NCBI GenBank assembly: GCA_965200965.1
Contig: OZ241744.1
Span: 2,624,001 to 2,688,000, forward strand
Direction of reading: 5' to 3'
Length of the DNA stretch: 64,000 nt
DNA from: an uncultured Candidatus Binatia bacterium
GTDB lineage: Bacteria; Desulfobacterota; Binatia; Bin18
The translations under genes were made by a program, and so were the position numbers. Below are positions 26,717-38,063 of this stretch, piece by piece. Within the stretch, counting starts at the first letter, position 1; each line of letters starts with the position of its first letter. The notes beneath the pieces are model-generated. The model was given only the letters and a program-made list of their open reading frames with translations. It searched no databases and was not told the origin of the DNA.

Positions 26717-27574
26717 TCACGCCCGCTCTTGAGTGGCCCGGACAAAGGCGGCCAGGCCGTCCTGCCAGGCCGGCAAGACAAAGGCGGGGTCCTGCACGGT
26801 GGTCAAGACCGCATAGCGCGGCCGTGGGGCGGGCCGGGGAAAGGCGCTGGTGGCGACCGGTGTGACCGGGAGCGCCAGACCGAGCAGACGATATAAGGTC
26901 CGGGTCAGCTCAAACCAGCTCGTCCCGCCCGCGCCGGCCATATGGTAGGTGCCGTAGGCCCGGGTGTGGATGAGCCTGGTCAGCGCCGCGGCCAGATGCG
27001 GCGCATAGGTTGGCGAGCCGTACTGATCGCTTACCACCCGCACCTCCGGCCTATCGGGTTTGTCGGCCAGCCCGCGCATTGTGGTGACGAAATTGCGGCC
27101 TGAGGTGTGGTAGAGCCAGGCGGTCCGCACGATATAGTGCTGGCGGGTGAGGCTGCGCACCGCCTCTTCGCCGGCCAGTTTACTCATCCCATACACCGAC
27201 AGCGGGCCGGGCCGGTCAAACTCGTGGTAGGGCCGCTCGGCCCTGCCATCAAAGACATAATCGCTTGAGATGTGCAGCAGGGGGGTGGCACGCTCCGCGC
27301 TGGCCAGGGCCAGGTTGCGCGGACCCAGCGCGTTGACCCGATAGGCCGCCTCGGGCGCGGTCTCGGCCGCATCAACACTGGTGAAGGCCGCGGCGTTAAT
27401 GACGATATGGGGACGAATCCGGCCGACAGCCGTGCGGACCGTGTCGAGTCGGGTGATATCAAGCTCGGATTTGCCGTAGGCGACAACCCGCTCAGCGCCG
27501 CGGCTCAGCGCCGCCTGGAGGGTCTGGCCGAGCTGTCCCCGTGCGCCGGCTATCAGTATGTTCATGTCAGGCAA
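26717..27574 (-). CDS. rmlD: dTDP-4-dehydrorhamnose reductase
   Basis: [31 protein letters not shown]. Confidence 0.92.
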   Translation of the reverse strand: MPDMNILIAGARGQLGQTLQAALSRGAERVVAYGKSELDITRLDTVRTAVGRIRPHIVINAAAFTSVDAAETAPEAAYRVNALGPRNLALASAERATPLLHISSDYVFDGRAERPYHEFDRPGPLSVYGMSKLAGEEAVRSLTRQHYIVRTAWLYHTSGRNFVTTMRGLADKPDRPEVRVVSDQYGSPTYAPHLAAALTRLIHTRAYGTYHMAGAGGTSWFELTRTLYRLLGLALPVTPVATSAFPRPAPRPRYAVLTTVQDPAFVLPAWQDGLAAFVRATQERA

Positions 27575-28439
27575 CCTCGTCCAGCAGCCGCAGGAGATAT
27601 CGGCCGTAGGCGTTGTCCTTCATGTTTTCGGCCCGCCCGGCCACATCCGCGGCGGTGATATAGCCCAGGGTGTAGGCGATCTCTTCTACACATGAGACCA
27701 TGAAGCCTTGGCGCTCTTGCAGGGTGTGGATGAAATTGGCCGCCTGGAGCAGCGATTCGTGGGTGCCCGTATCCAGCCAGGCAACCCCGCGTCCGAGTTT
27801 TTCGACATACAGGCTCCGGTCGTGGAGATAGGCCAGATTGACATCGGTAATTTCGAGTTCTCCACGCGCCGAAGGGGTAAGCTGGGCGGCAATGTCGCTG
27901 ACCCGGTTATCATAAAAATACAGACCGGTCACCGCGTAGTGGGAGGGTGAGGCGGCAGGTTTTTCAGCCAGGCTGATCGCCCGCCCGCCCGGGTCAAACT
28001 CGACCACCCCATAGCGCTCAGGGTCCCGAACTCGATAGGCGAAAACCGTGGCCCCGGCGCTCCGCCTGGCCGCGGTCTGGAGCAGGCCGGTCAGGCCGTG
28101 GCCATAAAAGATATTATCGCCCAGAATCAGGCAGACCGACTCCGAGCCGATAAACTCCCGCCCGATCAGGAAAGCCTGGGCTATGCCTTGCGGCTGGGGC
28201 TGGCCGGCATAGCCGATGCTGAGGCCCAGCCACCGGCCGTCGCCCAGCAGCCGGACAAAGGCGTCCTGGTCATGGGGTGTGGTAATGACCAGGATATCTC
28301 GAATCCCGGCCAGCATCAGCACCGACAGGGGATAATAGATCATGGGCTTGTCATACACCGGCATGAGCTGTTTGCTGACCGCCCGGCTAAGGGGATACAG
28401 ACGTTTACCCGATCCGCCGGCCAGGATGATGCCTTTCAT
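27567..28439 (-). CDS. rmlA: Glucose-1-phosphate thymidylyltransferase
   Basis: [37 protein letters not shown]. Confidence 0.95.
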   Translation of the reverse strand: MKGIILAGGSGKRLYPLSRAVSKQLMPVYDKPMIYYPLSVLMLAGIRDILVITTPHDQDAFVRLLGDGRWLGLSIGYAGQPQPQGIAQAFLIGREFIGSESVCLILGDNIFYGHGLTGLLQTAARRSAGATVFAYRVRDPERYGVVEFDPGGRAISLAEKPAASPSHYAVTGLYFYDNRVSDIAAQLTPSARGELEITDVNLAYLHDRSLYVEKLGRGVAWLDTGTHESLLQAANFIHTLQERQGFMVSCVEEIAYTLGYITAADVAGRAENMKDNAYGRYLLRLLDEVA

Positions 28440-28463
28440 GCGCCCCTCCTCACAGGCTGCCCG

Positions 28464-29567
28464 TCATCCGTCCTGTCTACGTTTGACCGTGGCCGGGTCA
28501 AGTCCCAAGCGCTGGCCCTGGTCTTTGCCCGCCAGCACAGTCTCACACCACTCCCGATGCGACAGATACCACTCAACCGTGTGTTGCAGGCCGCGCTCAA
28601 AATCATGGCTGGGCCGCCAGCCGAGTTCGGTCCGAATCTTGGTCGCGTCAATGGCGTAGCGGTGGTCATGGCCCGGCCGGTCCGGCACAAAGGTTTTCAG
28701 TGCCGCATAGCTGCTGGCCTGGCCCAGGTGCGGGTTGTGGACGGCCGGAAAAGTGGCCTCAAGACACGCGCACAGCCGGTCAACAATCTCCAGATTGGTG
28801 CGCTCATTGCCGCCACCGATATTATAGCTCTCGCCTATTCTGCCGCGTTGCAGCACCAACAGCAGACCGGCGCAGTGGTCTTCAACATGGAGCCAGTCCC
28901 GGATATTTCCCCCGTCGCCGTAAATCGGCAGCGGCTTGCCCTGGAGGGCGTTCAATACCATGAGCGGAATCAGCTTTTCGGGAAATTGATACGGCCCGTA
29001 GTTGTTGGAGCAGTTGGTGATCAGGGTTGGCAGCGCGTAGGTTGCCCGGTAGGCCCGGACCAGATGATCGGCCCCGGCCTTTGAGGCCGAATAGGGCGAA
29101 GTCGGCGCATAAGGGGTCGTTTCCGAAAACAGGCCGGTCTGGCCCAAGGTCCCGTACACCTCGTCGGTCGAGACATGCACAAAACGGAAGGCCGCCCGTC
29201 GCTCGGCCGACAGCCCCGTCCAGTAGTGACGAGCGGCTTCGAGCAGCGAGAAGGCACCGATAACATTGGTCTCAATAAACGGCCACGGCCCGTCGATCGA
29301 GCGGTCAACGTGGGTTTCGGCAGCAAAATGAAGAATGGCCTGGGGCTGGCTGTTGAGGACAAGGGCGCGCATGGCCGCCCGGTTGGCAATATCGGCCCGA
29401 ATAAACCGAAAGCGCGGCTGGCACTGCACATCTGCCAGGTTGGCCAGGTTGCCGGCATAGCTCAGCTTATCCACAACGACGACCCGGGCCTCGGTGTGGG
29501 TCAAGGCATAGCGGACAAAATTGCTCCCGATAAACCCAGCTCCACCCGTTACCAGGAGAGTATCCAT
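28464..29567 (-). CDS. rmlB: dTDP-glucose 4,6-dehydratase
   Basis: [34 protein letters not shown]. Confidence 0.95.
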   Translation of the reverse strand: MDTLLVTGGAGFIGSNFVRYALTHTEARVVVVDKLSYAGNLANLADVQCQPRFRFIRADIANRAAMRALVLNSQPQAILHFAAETHVDRSIDGPWPFIETNVIGAFSLLEAARHYWTGLSAERRAAFRFVHVSTDEVYGTLGQTGLFSETTPYAPTSPYSASKAGADHLVRAYRATYALPTLITNCSNNYGPYQFPEKLIPLMVLNALQGKPLPIYGDGGNIRDWLHVEDHCAGLLLVLQRGRIGESYNIGGGNERTNLEIVDRLCACLEATFPAVHNPHLGQASSYAALKTFVPDRPGHDHRYAIDATKIRTELGWRPSHDFERGLQHTVEWYLSHREWCETVLAGKDQGQRLGLDPATVKRRQDG

Positions 29568-29678
29568 ACGCCTGTCTCCACTCACCACTCATCATCTACC
29601 GCCCCGAAAAATAACAACGATAGGTATGCTATGCTAGCATAGGACGGCCAGCCGGAGGCCTTTGCAGGAGAAAAGCCG

Positions 29679-30689
29679 ATGAGCAGCTGTATTTTAGCCG
29701 GGGATATTGGCGGGACGAAAACCACTCTGGCCCTCTACCGCGCCACGCGCCGGGCTGACGAGGAACAGGGTGGGTCAATGAGCCTGGTTCGTGAGGACTC
29801 TTTTCCCAGTGCTCGCTATCCGGGTCTGGAGGAGGTGATTGACGCCTTCCTTGAGCAGGAAGCTGTCAGCGCCGCGGCGTTTGGGATTGCCGGCCCGGTT
29901 CTGGACGGAAAAGTGATCGCCACAAACTTGGCTTGGCAGGTCGAAGCGAGCCGTCTGACCGCCCACCTCGGTGGTGCTCAGGTCCGGCTGATGAACGACC
30001 TTGAGGCTATGGCGTATGGGGCCCTCTCCCTGGCCCCGGCTGAACTCCAGAGCCTCAACCCGGGCCGTAACCGGCCCGGCCACCGCGCGGTCATTGCCGC
30101 GGGGACGGGATTGGGCCAGGCGTTTCTGTTCTGGGACGGCCAGCGGTATCGTGCCGCAGCGACTGAGGGCGGCCATGTCGATTTTGCCTCCCGCAATGTG
30201 CTTGAAGACCGCTTGTTCGGCTATCTGCGCCGGCGCTACGCGCGGGTCTCCTACGAACGGCTGTTATCCGGGCCGGGTCTGGTCCATATCTGCCGCTTTC
30301 TGGCTGAGGAAGAGGGCCGAGCCCTGACCGCGGGGGTGGAGGAACGGATGCAGACTGAGGAGCCGGCGGCGGTCATCGGCCAGGCTGGGGTGAGCGGTGT
30401 GTGTCCTACCTGTGAGGCCGCGGTTGACATCTTTCTGAGCATCTACGGCGCTCAGGCCGGGAATCTGGCACTGACCGTGATGAGTCTGGGCGGCGTGTAT
30501 ATCGGGGGCGGGATTATCACCAAGCTGTTACCCAGAGTCGGCCACGGCGCGTTTATGCGGGCATTTGTGGACAAGGGACGCTTTGGCCCGCTGATGGAAG
30601 AAGTCCCGGTGTGGATTGTGCTCAACCCCAAGGCTTCTCAAATCGGGGCTGCCCAGGCTGCGTTGCGGCTCATCCGCGGCTCGGCCTGA
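29679..30689 (+). CDS. glk: Glucokinase
   Basis: [36 protein letters not shown]. Confidence 0.92.
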   Translation: MSSCILAGDIGGTKTTLALYRATRRADEEQGGSMSLVREDSFPSARYPGLEEVIDAFLEQEAVSAAAFGIAGPVLDGKVIATNLAWQVEASRLTAHLGGAQVRLMNDLEAMAYGALSLAPAELQSLNPGRNRPGHRAVIAAGTGLGQAFLFWDGQRYRAAATEGGHVDFASRNVLEDRLFGYLRRRYARVSYERLLSGPGLVHICRFLAEEEGRALTAGVEERMQTEEPAAVIGQAGVSGVCPTCEAAVDIFLSIYGAQAGNLALTVMSLGGVYIGGGIITKLLPRVGHGAFMRAFVDKGRFGPLMEEVPVWIVLNPKASQIGAAQAALRLIRGSA

Positions 30690-32601
30690 GCCGGTCCACA
30701 ATCGCGGCAAAAGCCTCGTCGGCGCACTCCTCGACCGGCCGGTCTACGGTCTGAATACGCAGGGCCGGATTGTCCGGGGGTTCATACGGCGAGGAGACGC
30801 CGGTGAACTCGGGGATGTCTCCGGCCCGGGCCCTGCGGTACAAACCTTTCACGTCTCGTTGCTCACACACCTCGAGCGGTGCGTCAACATATACCTCAAA
30901 GAAACGCTCCGGCCCGATCGTCTCCTGTGCCCGGCGGCGGTCGGCGCGAAAGGGAGAAATAACCGGGGCCAGCACAATCAGTCCGGCCTGATTAAACAGG
31001 CTGGCGACCTCTCCAACCCGCCGGATATTCTCGGTCCGCGCGTCGGCTGAAAAGCCCAAGTCCTGGTTGAGGCCAAAACGCAGGCTGTCGCCGTCCAGAC
31101 AGAACACATGGAAGCCGGCCTCGTGCAGACGCTTTTCCAAAGCCTGGGCGATTGAGGACTTGCCCGAACCCGACAGACCGGTCAGCCACACGGTCAGCGC
31201 CCGTTGACCCAGGGCGGTTTCTCGCTCGGCGCGCGATACCAGGCCGGGCTCGGGCCGGATATGGACGGCCGGGCGGCGTTCAGCAACGCTGTCTTGAGGA
31301 ACCCGGTCAATGACCATGCCCGCCCCAACCGTGTTATTGCTCAGGCGGTCAATGATGATGAAGGCACCGGTCGCCCGATTTTTGCGGTAGGGATCAAAGG
31401 CGAGCCGTTTTTCCAGATCAAACACGCAGCGGCCGATTTCGTTCAGCCCCAGCTCGCCGGCCGCCTCGCGGTGCAGGGTATTGATGTTCATACGGTAGCG
31501 GACCGCGCTGACGCGGCCCGGGGTTTTGAGCGTGGCGTGTTTGATCAGGTAGGCTTTGTCCGGCTGCATCGGCTCTTCGGTCATCCACACCACCATCGCC
31601 TCAAACCTGTTTGCCTCCAGCGGGCGGTTGTTGGGGTGGACCAGGATATCCCCCCGGCTGATATCGATTTCGTCCTCCAGGGTCAGGGTCACGGCCAGCG
31701 GTGAGCAGGCTTCGTCAAGTGCTCCGTCAAAGGTGAGAATCGACCTGACCTGGCTCGTTCTCTGGGACGGCAGCACCATGATCTCGTCGCCCGGCCGCAC
31801 AATCCCGCCGGCAATTGTGCCGCAATAGCCGCGGAAGCTCGCATCCGGGCGGTTGACGTACTGAACCGGCAGACGAAAGTCGATCAGATTCAGGTCTGAG
31901 GCAATATGCACATGCTCCAGCAGATACATCAGGGTTGCGCCCTGATACCACGGCATGGCTTCGCTTTGGGCGACGACATTATCGCCCCGCAGGGCGGACA
32001 GAGGGATAAAGCGGATATCGCCCAACTCCAGCCGGGCGGCAAAGGCCGAGTAGTCGGCCACAATGGCGTCAAACACCTCCTGGCTGTAGGCCACGAGGTC
32101 CATCTTGTTGATGGCGACGATGAGGTGTTTGATGCCTAGCAGCGAGGCGATAAAACTGTGGCGGCGGGTTTGGGTCAGTACGCCGTGGCGGGCATCAATC
32201 AGAATAATGGCCAAGTCACAGCTCGAAGCCCCGGTGGCCATATTGCGCGTGTACTGTTCGTGGCCGGGCGTGTCGGCGATAATGAATTTGCGCCGGGCGG
32301 TGGAAAAATAGCGGTAGGCGACATCAATGGTGATGCCTTGCTCGCGCTCGGCCTTGAGGCCGTCGGTCAACAGCGCGGGGTCAAAATCAGAGTCGGTTGT
32401 TCCATAGCGCTGCGAGTCTTTTTTAATCGCGTCAAGCTGATCGTCATAGATCAGCTTTGAATCGTACAGCAGGCGGCCGATCAGGGTACTCTTGCCATCA
32501 TCCACACTTCCACAGGTCAGGAAACGCAGCAGGTCTTTGCGTTCGTGTTGGGCCAGATAGGCTTCAATGTCGGTGGCGATGAGTTCGGATTGGTGCGACA
32601 T
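30670..32601 (-). CDS. cysNC: Bifunctional sulfate adenylyltransferase subunit 1 / APS kinase
   Basis: [21 protein letters not shown]; C-terminal [19 protein letters not shown]. Confidence 0.94.
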   Translation of the reverse strand: MSHQSELIATDIEAYLAQHERKDLLRFLTCGSVDDGKSTLIGRLLYDSKLIYDDQLDAIKKDSQRYGTTDSDFDPALLTDGLKAEREQGITIDVAYRYFSTARRKFIIADTPGHEQYTRNMATGASSCDLAIILIDARHGVLTQTRRHSFIASLLGIKHLIVAINKMDLVAYSQEVFDAIVADYSAFAARLELGDIRFIPLSALRGDNVVAQSEAMPWYQGATLMYLLEHVHIASDLNLIDFRLPVQYVNRPDASFRGYCGTIAGGIVRPGDEIMVLPSQRTSQVRSILTFDGALDEACSPLAVTLTLEDEIDISRGDILVHPNNRPLEANRFEAMVVWMTEEPMQPDKAYLIKHATLKTPGRVSAVRYRMNINTLHREAAGELGLNEIGRCVFDLEKRLAFDPYRKNRATGAFIIIDRLSNNTVGAGMVIDRVPQDSVAERRPAVHIRPEPGLVSRAERETALGQRALTVWLTGLSGSGKSSIAQALEKRLHEAGFHVFCLDGDSLRFGLNQDLGFSADARTENIRRVGEVASLFNQAGLIVLAPVISPFRADRRRAQETIGPERFFEVYVDAPLEVCEQRDVKGLYRRARAGDIPEFTGVSSPYEPPDNPALRIQTVDRPVEECADEAFAAIVDRLRPSRG

Positions 32602-32623
32602 GGTCGGCGGCTTCCGGCGAAGA

Positions 32624-33550
32624 CTAGAAATAGCCCTCTTTTTTCTTTTCTTCCATCGAACCGGCCTGGTCAAAGTCAATGACCCGGCCCTGGCGCTCTG
32701 AATGCCTGGTCAGCAACATCTCTTGAATAATCAACGGCAAGGTGTCTGCCTGCGATTCCACCGCGCCGGTCAGGGGGTAGCAGCCCAGGGTGCGGAAGCG
32801 GACCATCTTCATCTGGGGTTTTTCGCCCGGCCGCAGCGGCATCCGCTCGTCGTCAACCATGATCCACACCCCGTCCCGGTCAACAACCGGCCGCTCCTTG
32901 GCATAGTACAGCGGGACGAGCGGGATCTGCTCCAGGTAGACGTACTGCCACACATCAAGCTCGGTCCAGTTTGACAGCGGAAACACCCGGATGCTCTCGC
33001 CCTTGTCAATGGTCGCGTTGTAGATGTTCCACAGCTCGGGACGCTGATTTTTGGGGTCCCAGCGGTGCTTGCGGTCCCGAAACGAATACACCCGCTCTTT
33101 GGCCCGCGATTTTTCTTCATCGCGCCGGGCACCGCCAAAGGCGGCGTCAAAACGGTAGCGATCAAGTGCCTGTTTGAGCGCCTCGGTCTTCATGATCGCG
33201 GTGTGTTTTTTCGAGCCGTGGGTGAACGGATTGATCCCGGCTCGGCGGCCCTCTTCGTTGATGTAGACGATCAACTTCAAGCCTAACTCTTGCCGGACAT
33301 ACGAGTCGCGGAAGGCGATCATGTCCCGAAACTTCCAGGTCGTGTCAACATGGAGGAGTGGAAACGGGGGTTTGCCCGGATAAAAGGCTTTGCGCGCCAA
33401 GTGGAGCATGACCGCCGAATCCTTGCCGATGGAGTACAACATGACCGGATTTTCAAACTCGGCGGCTACCTCCCGGATAATATGGATGCTTTCGGCCTCA
33501 AGACTGCGTAAGTGGCTCAGCCCACGCGCCTGTGCGTCGTCGGTTGTCAT
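32624..33550 (-). CDS. cysD: Sulfate adenylyltransferase subunit 2
   Basis: [33 protein letters not shown]. Confidence 0.95.
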   Translation of the reverse strand: MTTDDAQARGLSHLRSLEAESIHIIREVAAEFENPVMLYSIGKDSAVMLHLARKAFYPGKPPFPLLHVDTTWKFRDMIAFRDSYVRQELGLKLIVYINEEGRRAGINPFTHGSKKHTAIMKTEALKQALDRYRFDAAFGGARRDEEKSRAKERVYSFRDRKHRWDPKNQRPELWNIYNATIDKGESIRVFPLSNWTELDVWQYVYLEQIPLVPLYYAKERPVVDRDGVWIMVDDERMPLRPGEKPQMKMVRFRTLGCYPLTGAVESQADTLPLIIQEMLLTRHSERQGRVIDFDQAGSMEEKKKEGYF

Positions 33551-34305
33551 CGTGTCTCTTGTCCGAGGTGTGGGGGTTGGCCGCACACCGCGCAGTCGGG
33601 GTCCTTGTTGACCGGCCGGTCGCTGAAGCGGAGTTGAGGAAACTGACACGCAAACACCCGGCTCGGAGCAGCGGGGCCAAGCCCGATCACGCATTTCAGG
33701 GCTTCAGTCGCCTGGAACGCTCCCCAGAACAGGTCGGCCAGCCGCGCAAACGCCGTGCCGCCATGCTCCGGGGTGCAGCGCTTTTGTTCAACCGGCTGAC
33801 ACGCCCAGCAGGCCGCGTCCGGCCCGCCCTGACCTACAAACAAGCGTCGCTGCGAGGGCTGAGCCCAGCCGCAACACACACGCTGGCCGACCCTGCCGCA
33901 GTGGTCCACGAGCGGGTCAGGTTCGGAGACCACCAAGTCATAGGCGGCGGTGGGCGGAACCGCATCCGCGTCATGCCGCACGACGCGACAGTCGGGGTTC
34001 AAACGTTCGAGCGTGGCCACGACCGGGTCGTCCGGCTCGCTCAAAGCGGACGATGCGTTCTTCCTGGTCTGATGGTCATCATCGGCCACTTTGCCGGCAA
34101 GGGCTGAAAAGACCACCAGCCGCTCGCCGCAGCGAAGCCCAATGGTACCGACTCCGGCAGCCGCCAAGTAGAGCAGGGTCGTTGTCTGGAGGGCACCGCC
34201 GTTCACCAGCACCCTGGTCCGCAGCAGTGTTTCCTGGCCTTTGCCGCCCAACTGGGGCAGAATGATTTGACGGCTGTAGCGTTCGATGTGGGCCTCAGAC
34301 AGCAT
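33547..34305 (-). CDS. Degenerate ThiF/MoeB (E1-like) paralog
   Basis: [25 protein letters not shown] and C-terminal CAVC retained; GxGxxG and SNL.RQ lost. Confidence 0.7.
   Translation of the reverse strand: MLSEAHIERYSRQIILPQLGGKGQETLLRTRVLVNGGALQTTTLLYLAAAGVGTIGLRCGERLVVFSALAGKVADDDHQTRKNASSALSEPDDPVVATLERLNPDCRVVRHDADAVPPTAAYDLVVSEPDPLVDHCGRVGQRVCCGWAQPSQRRLFVGQGGPDAACWACQPVEQKRCTPEHGGTAFARLADLFWGAFQATEALKCVIGLGPAAPSRVFACQFPQLRFSDRPVNKDPDCAVCGQPPHLGQETR
34042..34093 (-). repeat. Diverged ~51-bp hairpin in frame in the ThiF paralog ([17 protein letters not shown])
   Basis: caaagtgg-c-cgatg...catcagaccaggaag...catcg-t-ccgctttg; similar length and loop words to the other elements. Confidence 0.5.
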
Positions 34306-34329
34306 GAGAACAGGGGGGCCGATGGGCCT

Positions 34330-34626
34330 TCAGGCATGTTCGTTTGATCCGCTTCCTCCGGCGATGGCCGGGACAATAGAGACCTCGTCGCCGTCTTTGA
34401 GGGCTGTGTCAAGATTGTCGGAGAAACGGATGTCGTCGCCGTTCACAAAGATATTGACAAAGCGGCGGATATTCCCCTGATCGTCACAAATCCGTTCTTT
34501 GATCCCCGGGTGGTTCTGTTCGATATCGTTGACCACGGCAGAGATTGTCTCGCCCTCTGCACGGACTTCTTCGGCACCGCCGGTGAAACGACGCAGGGGG
34601 GTTGGTATCCGCACCTGGACACTCAT
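34330..34626 (-). CDS. MoaD/ThiS/CysO-type ubiquitin-like sulfur carrier with residues after GG
   Basis: VRIPTPLR, FVNIFVN, IVPAIAGG followed by SGSNEHA. Confidence 0.88.
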   Translation of the reverse strand: MSVQVRIPTPLRRFTGGAEEVRAEGETISAVVNDIEQNHPGIKERICDDQGNIRRFVNIFVNGDDIRFSDNLDTALKDGDEVSIVPAIAGGSGSNEHA

Positions 34627-34671
34627 ACCGGACACCTCCTCATACAGAATGCTCTTCACTGTGACGGTTTT

Positions 34672-35946
34672 CTATGACGAAGGCAAGGCCGGAATGCGAA
34701 CTTTTGCCAGCGGTGTGGTTGCCTGGTACAGGGCGTCAAACTCGGCGAGGCGGGCGTCTATGGTCTGCGGTTTGGCCAGCTGTCCAAGGGCCGCCTCCAC
34801 GGTCTTATAGCCGTTGCCGGTAATACATATCACGACCGACTCGTCGCGCGGTATACGCCCCTGTTCAATGAGCTTTTTGGTGGCCGCGACGGTCGTGCCG
34901 CCGGCCGGCTCGGTAAAAATCCCCTCGGTGTGGGCCAGCAGGTGCATGCCGGCCACGATGTCCTGGTCTGTCACCGCTTCGCCCCAGCCGCCCGACTCGC
35001 GGACCGCCTGGAGGACAGCGTAGCCGTCGGCCGGGTTGCCAATGGCGATGGATGTGGCAATGGTGTCCGGCTTGACCGGGGCAATCCGGTCTGTGCCGGT
35101 GTGCAGCGCGGCGACAACCGGCGCACTCCCGGCGGCCTGGGCGGTATACAGTGTGGGCCGCGGCCCGCCCTCAACCAAGCCGACTGTCTGGAGTTCGTCA
35201 AACGCCTTGGCCACCTTGGGCAGAAGCGTGCCGCCCGCGGTTGGCACAACAACGTGCTGGGGCAGCCGCCAGCCGAGTTGTTCGGCTATCTCAAACGCGT
35301 AGGTTTTGGCCCCTTCGGTGTAATATGGCCGGAGGGTGATGTTGACAAACGCCCAGCCATATTTATCGGCAATCTCGCTACACAGCCGGTTCACGTCATC
35401 GTAGTTGCCACGGATGGCGACCGTCTGCGGGCCATAGATCATTGAGCCGACTACCTTCCCCTGTTCAAGGTCGGCCGGAATAAAAATGCAACAGCGCAGC
35501 CCGGCCCGAGCCGCGTGGGCCGAGACCGAGTTGGCCAGATTGCCAGTTGAGGCGCACGACACCGTCTCAAAACCAAACTCGAGCGCTTTTGACAGCGCGA
35601 CCGGGACGACCCGGTCCTTGTACGAAAATGTCGGATGATTGACCGAATCGTCCTTGACATACAGTTCTTCGAGGCCGAGGGCGGCGGCCAGCCGGTCGGC
35701 TTTGACCAGCGGGGTACAGCCGCTGTGGAGGCCGATTGTCGGCGGTCGGCTGAGAGGCAGGAGTTCGTGATAACGCCACAGCGAGGCCGGCCGCGCGGCA
35801 ACCGTCTGGCGAGACATGACGCGGCGGACGAGGGCGTAGTCATACTCTACTTCGAGCGGCCCAAAACACATTTCACACACATGGACGGGAGTGACAGGAT
35901 AGTCCTGTCCGCACTCACAACAGCGTAAACCGGTAACAGTGTTCAT
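34672..35946 (-). CDS. thrC: Threonine synthase-like PLP enzyme with N-terminal zinc ribbon
   Basis: C.EC...CEMC, PTFSYKDR, ASTGN, EGAKT, TGNGYK. Confidence 0.8.
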   Translation of the reverse strand: MNTVTGLRCCECGQDYPVTPVHVCEMCFGPLEVEYDYALVRRVMSRQTVAARPASLWRYHELLPLSRPPTIGLHSGCTPLVKADRLAAALGLEELYVKDDSVNHPTFSYKDRVVPVALSKALEFGFETVSCASTGNLANSVSAHAARAGLRCCIFIPADLEQGKVVGSMIYGPQTVAIRGNYDDVNRLCSEIADKYGWAFVNITLRPYYTEGAKTYAFEIAEQLGWRLPQHVVVPTAGGTLLPKVAKAFDELQTVGLVEGGPRPTLYTAQAAGSAPVVAALHTGTDRIAPVKPDTIATSIAIGNPADGYAVLQAVRESGGWGEAVTDQDIVAGMHLLAHTEGIFTEPAGGTTVAATKKLIEQGRIPRDESVVICITGNGYKTVEAALGQLAKPQTIDARLAEFDALYQATTPLAKVRIPALPSS

Positions 35947-35988
35947 AGCTATCCTTGGCAAAGAAAGGTCCTGGCGGGGCGGCTGTTC

Positions 35989-36741
35989 TCAGTTGAGTTG
36001 ACACAGCCCGGCTTCGTCGTAGCATTCGGACCGAAGGCTGGTGATGGTGGGCCGAGGGCCGCACACCGGACAGCGCGGGTTGGGTTTGAAGCGAACCTCG
36101 CGCCAGCGCGCAAGCTGGGCGTCGTAGGTCAGCAGGCGGTCGGTCAGCAGCCCCGGGCTGCCGCTCAGATATTTGACCGCCTCAATCGCCTGGAGCAGGC
36201 CCAAGGTGCCGGCCGCGCTGCCGAGCACACCGGCCTCTTGACAGATTGGCATCTCATCTGGGGAGGGCGGAACCGGAAATAAGCACCGCAGGCAGGTGGT
36301 TTGTCTCGGCAAGACAGTGAGGGTCTGGCCCTGAAACTGGACAATCCCAGCGTAGGAAAATGGTTTGCCGAGTAAAACCGCAGCGTCATTGATCATGAAC
36401 TTTGTGGCGATCCCGTCGGTCGCGTCAATCACAAAATCGTACTCCTGGAAGACGGCACTCAGATTGTCCAGCGTGAGCCGCTCGGGGTAGGTCCTCAGTC
36501 GGCTGGTGGGCCGCAGACGGGACAGCTTGTCGCCGGCAGATTCTACTTTGGGGCGCTGGAGGTCGGGCGTGAAGTGCAGGACCTGACGTTGCAGATTGGA
36601 CACATCAACCAAGTCTGGATCAATCAGGCCAATAGTGCTGACCCCGGCCAGAGCCAGAGCCAGGGCCGCGGGACAGCCCAGCCCGCCAATCCCGACAACC
36701 AGCACCGACCCGCCTACAGCGGTATCCAGTCCGGCATCCAT
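35989..36741 (-). CDS. ThiF/MoeB family adenylyltransferase
   Basis: GIGGLG, SNLQRQ, DATD, CLRC, CPVC. Confidence 0.9.
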   Translation of the reverse strand: MDAGLDTAVGGSVLVVGIGGLGCPAALALALAGVSTIGLIDPDLVDVSNLQRQVLHFTPDLQRPKVESAGDKLSRLRPTSRLRTYPERLTLDNLSAVFQEYDFVIDATDGIATKFMINDAAVLLGKPFSYAGIVQFQGQTLTVLPRQTTCLRCLFPVPPSPDEMPICQEAGVLGSAAGTLGLLQAIEAVKYLSGSPGLLTDRLLTYDAQLARWREVRFKPNPRCPVCGPRPTITSLRSECYDEAGLCQLN

Positions 36742-37835
36742 TCGCGTATCCTCAGCATCGGGTCCTGCTCTTCTTCCAGGTCTTCTTCCTCCTCTTCGGT
36801 CGGTCTGCTTGCCCAGGGCAGGAAACGGCGCAAGCCCTGGGCCGGTTTTTCTTCCTCAAGCCCAGCCAGCCGGCGTTCTTCCCTCTCCCGCATATGTTTT
36901 TTGTTGGCCTCTTCGATCCGTTTGAGTTCCTCGCGGCGGTCTTCCAGGGCTTCGGCCCGAATTGTGGCCTCGTCTTTGCGCAACTCGGTAATGAGCTGCA
37001 ACAACGGATCAAGGCTGGGAGCGGGCAGACCGGCCATATCCGCGCTGGGCGTGCCGACTTCCTGGCCGTCTTCCGGCGAAGCGACTTCTTCGGTCAGAGC
37101 GCCGATTTGTTCCAACTGCTTGATCTGTTCGACAGAAAGGGGGGTGTTCGCCCGAAAATCGTAGGCGTTAGCCGCCAGGGCGGCTAACGCCGGTTCGCGC
37201 TCCAGGGTCAGGACTTCTTCCAGTCTGGCCAGGGCCTCAGTACTGGCCTCGGTTTCAGGGTAGTGCTCAACCAGCGACCGCAGGCGGACCCTGGCCGCAA
37301 ACAAATGCCCGATCCTCTGATACTGAACGCTAATGCCGAGTATGCTCGACGCCAGCGACTCGCGGCACTCCCGGCTCTTTTCCTCGGCCAGGGCGCGGAA
37401 ACCGCTGTCGGGGTAACGCTCAAGCACAATCTGGAAATGTTTGTAGGCGTTTTGGGTCACGGCCTGGTCGCGGTCCGGCGAGCGCATCTGCTCCAGATAC
37501 GACATGCCTCGATAGTACTCGACAAACGGCAGGTGTGGACTGGTCGGATAGCTGCGCTCAAAGTCGTTGAAGGAGGCAATCCCGTCGCTGTACTCCCCAT
37601 CGAGATAGTACGAATAGGCGATTTTGAGTTGCGCTTCCTCGGCGTAGGGATTGAGCGGGTATTGGTCGAGCAGATCGCGGAAGTTCTCGGTGGCAATGTT
37701 ATAGTCCTCATCCTGATAGGCTTTTTCCGCGGTATCAAAATACTCTTTGGCCGACGGGCGTTTGACCACCGAGGTACAGCCGGCCAGCCACACCAGGAGC
37801 AGCAGCCCCGCCAACAGCCTGATCTCTCTCCGCAT
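36714..37835 (-). CDS. bamD: Outer membrane assembly lipoprotein BamD with charged C-terminal extension
   Basis: LAGC lipobox, TPRs, YP...YAEEAQL, DRDQ, RYPDS. Confidence 0.8.
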   Translation of the reverse strand: MRREIRLLAGLLLLVWLAGCTSVVKRPSAKEYFDTAEKAYQDEDYNIATENFRDLLDQYPLNPYAEEAQLKIAYSYYLDGEYSDGIASFNDFERSYPTSPHLPFVEYYRGMSYLEQMRSPDRDQAVTQNAYKHFQIVLERYPDSGFRALAEEKSRECRESLASSILGISVQYQRIGHLFAARVRLRSLVEHYPETEASTEALARLEEVLTLEREPALAALAANAYDFRANTPLSVEQIKQLEQIGALTEEVASPEDGQEVGTPSADMAGLPAPSLDPLLQLITELRKDEATIRAEALEDRREELKRIEEANKKHMREREERRLAGLEEEKPAQGLRRFLPWASRPTEEEEEDLEEEQDPMLRIREWMPDWIPL

Positions 37836-38063
37836 GACCCTGCCATGCTAGAGGATTGTCCAGGGACTTGTCAACGTGCCGGGGTCTGGCAGAGGCCCGG
37901 CGTTTCGCGTCAACACTGCGCCGGGCAACCGCTGCAACGGCCCTGGCTTCCGCAGTTCCACCTGCTCTGATGTTCTCTTTTCTCTCCGCTCACCGACGCA
38001 GGACCGTCCCCGCTCCGCTCTCCACTTGTGCTCCCCCAGTCGCTGTGAAACAACGAACACAGC

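Noticed and set aside
26717-29567. rmlC missing from rmlBAD
   Set aside because: rmlC is often encoded elsewhere; absence cannot be judged from one window.
37068-37085. 18-bp match with about 58430-58447
   Set aside because: Isolated short match in GC-rich sequence with no shared context; probably chance.
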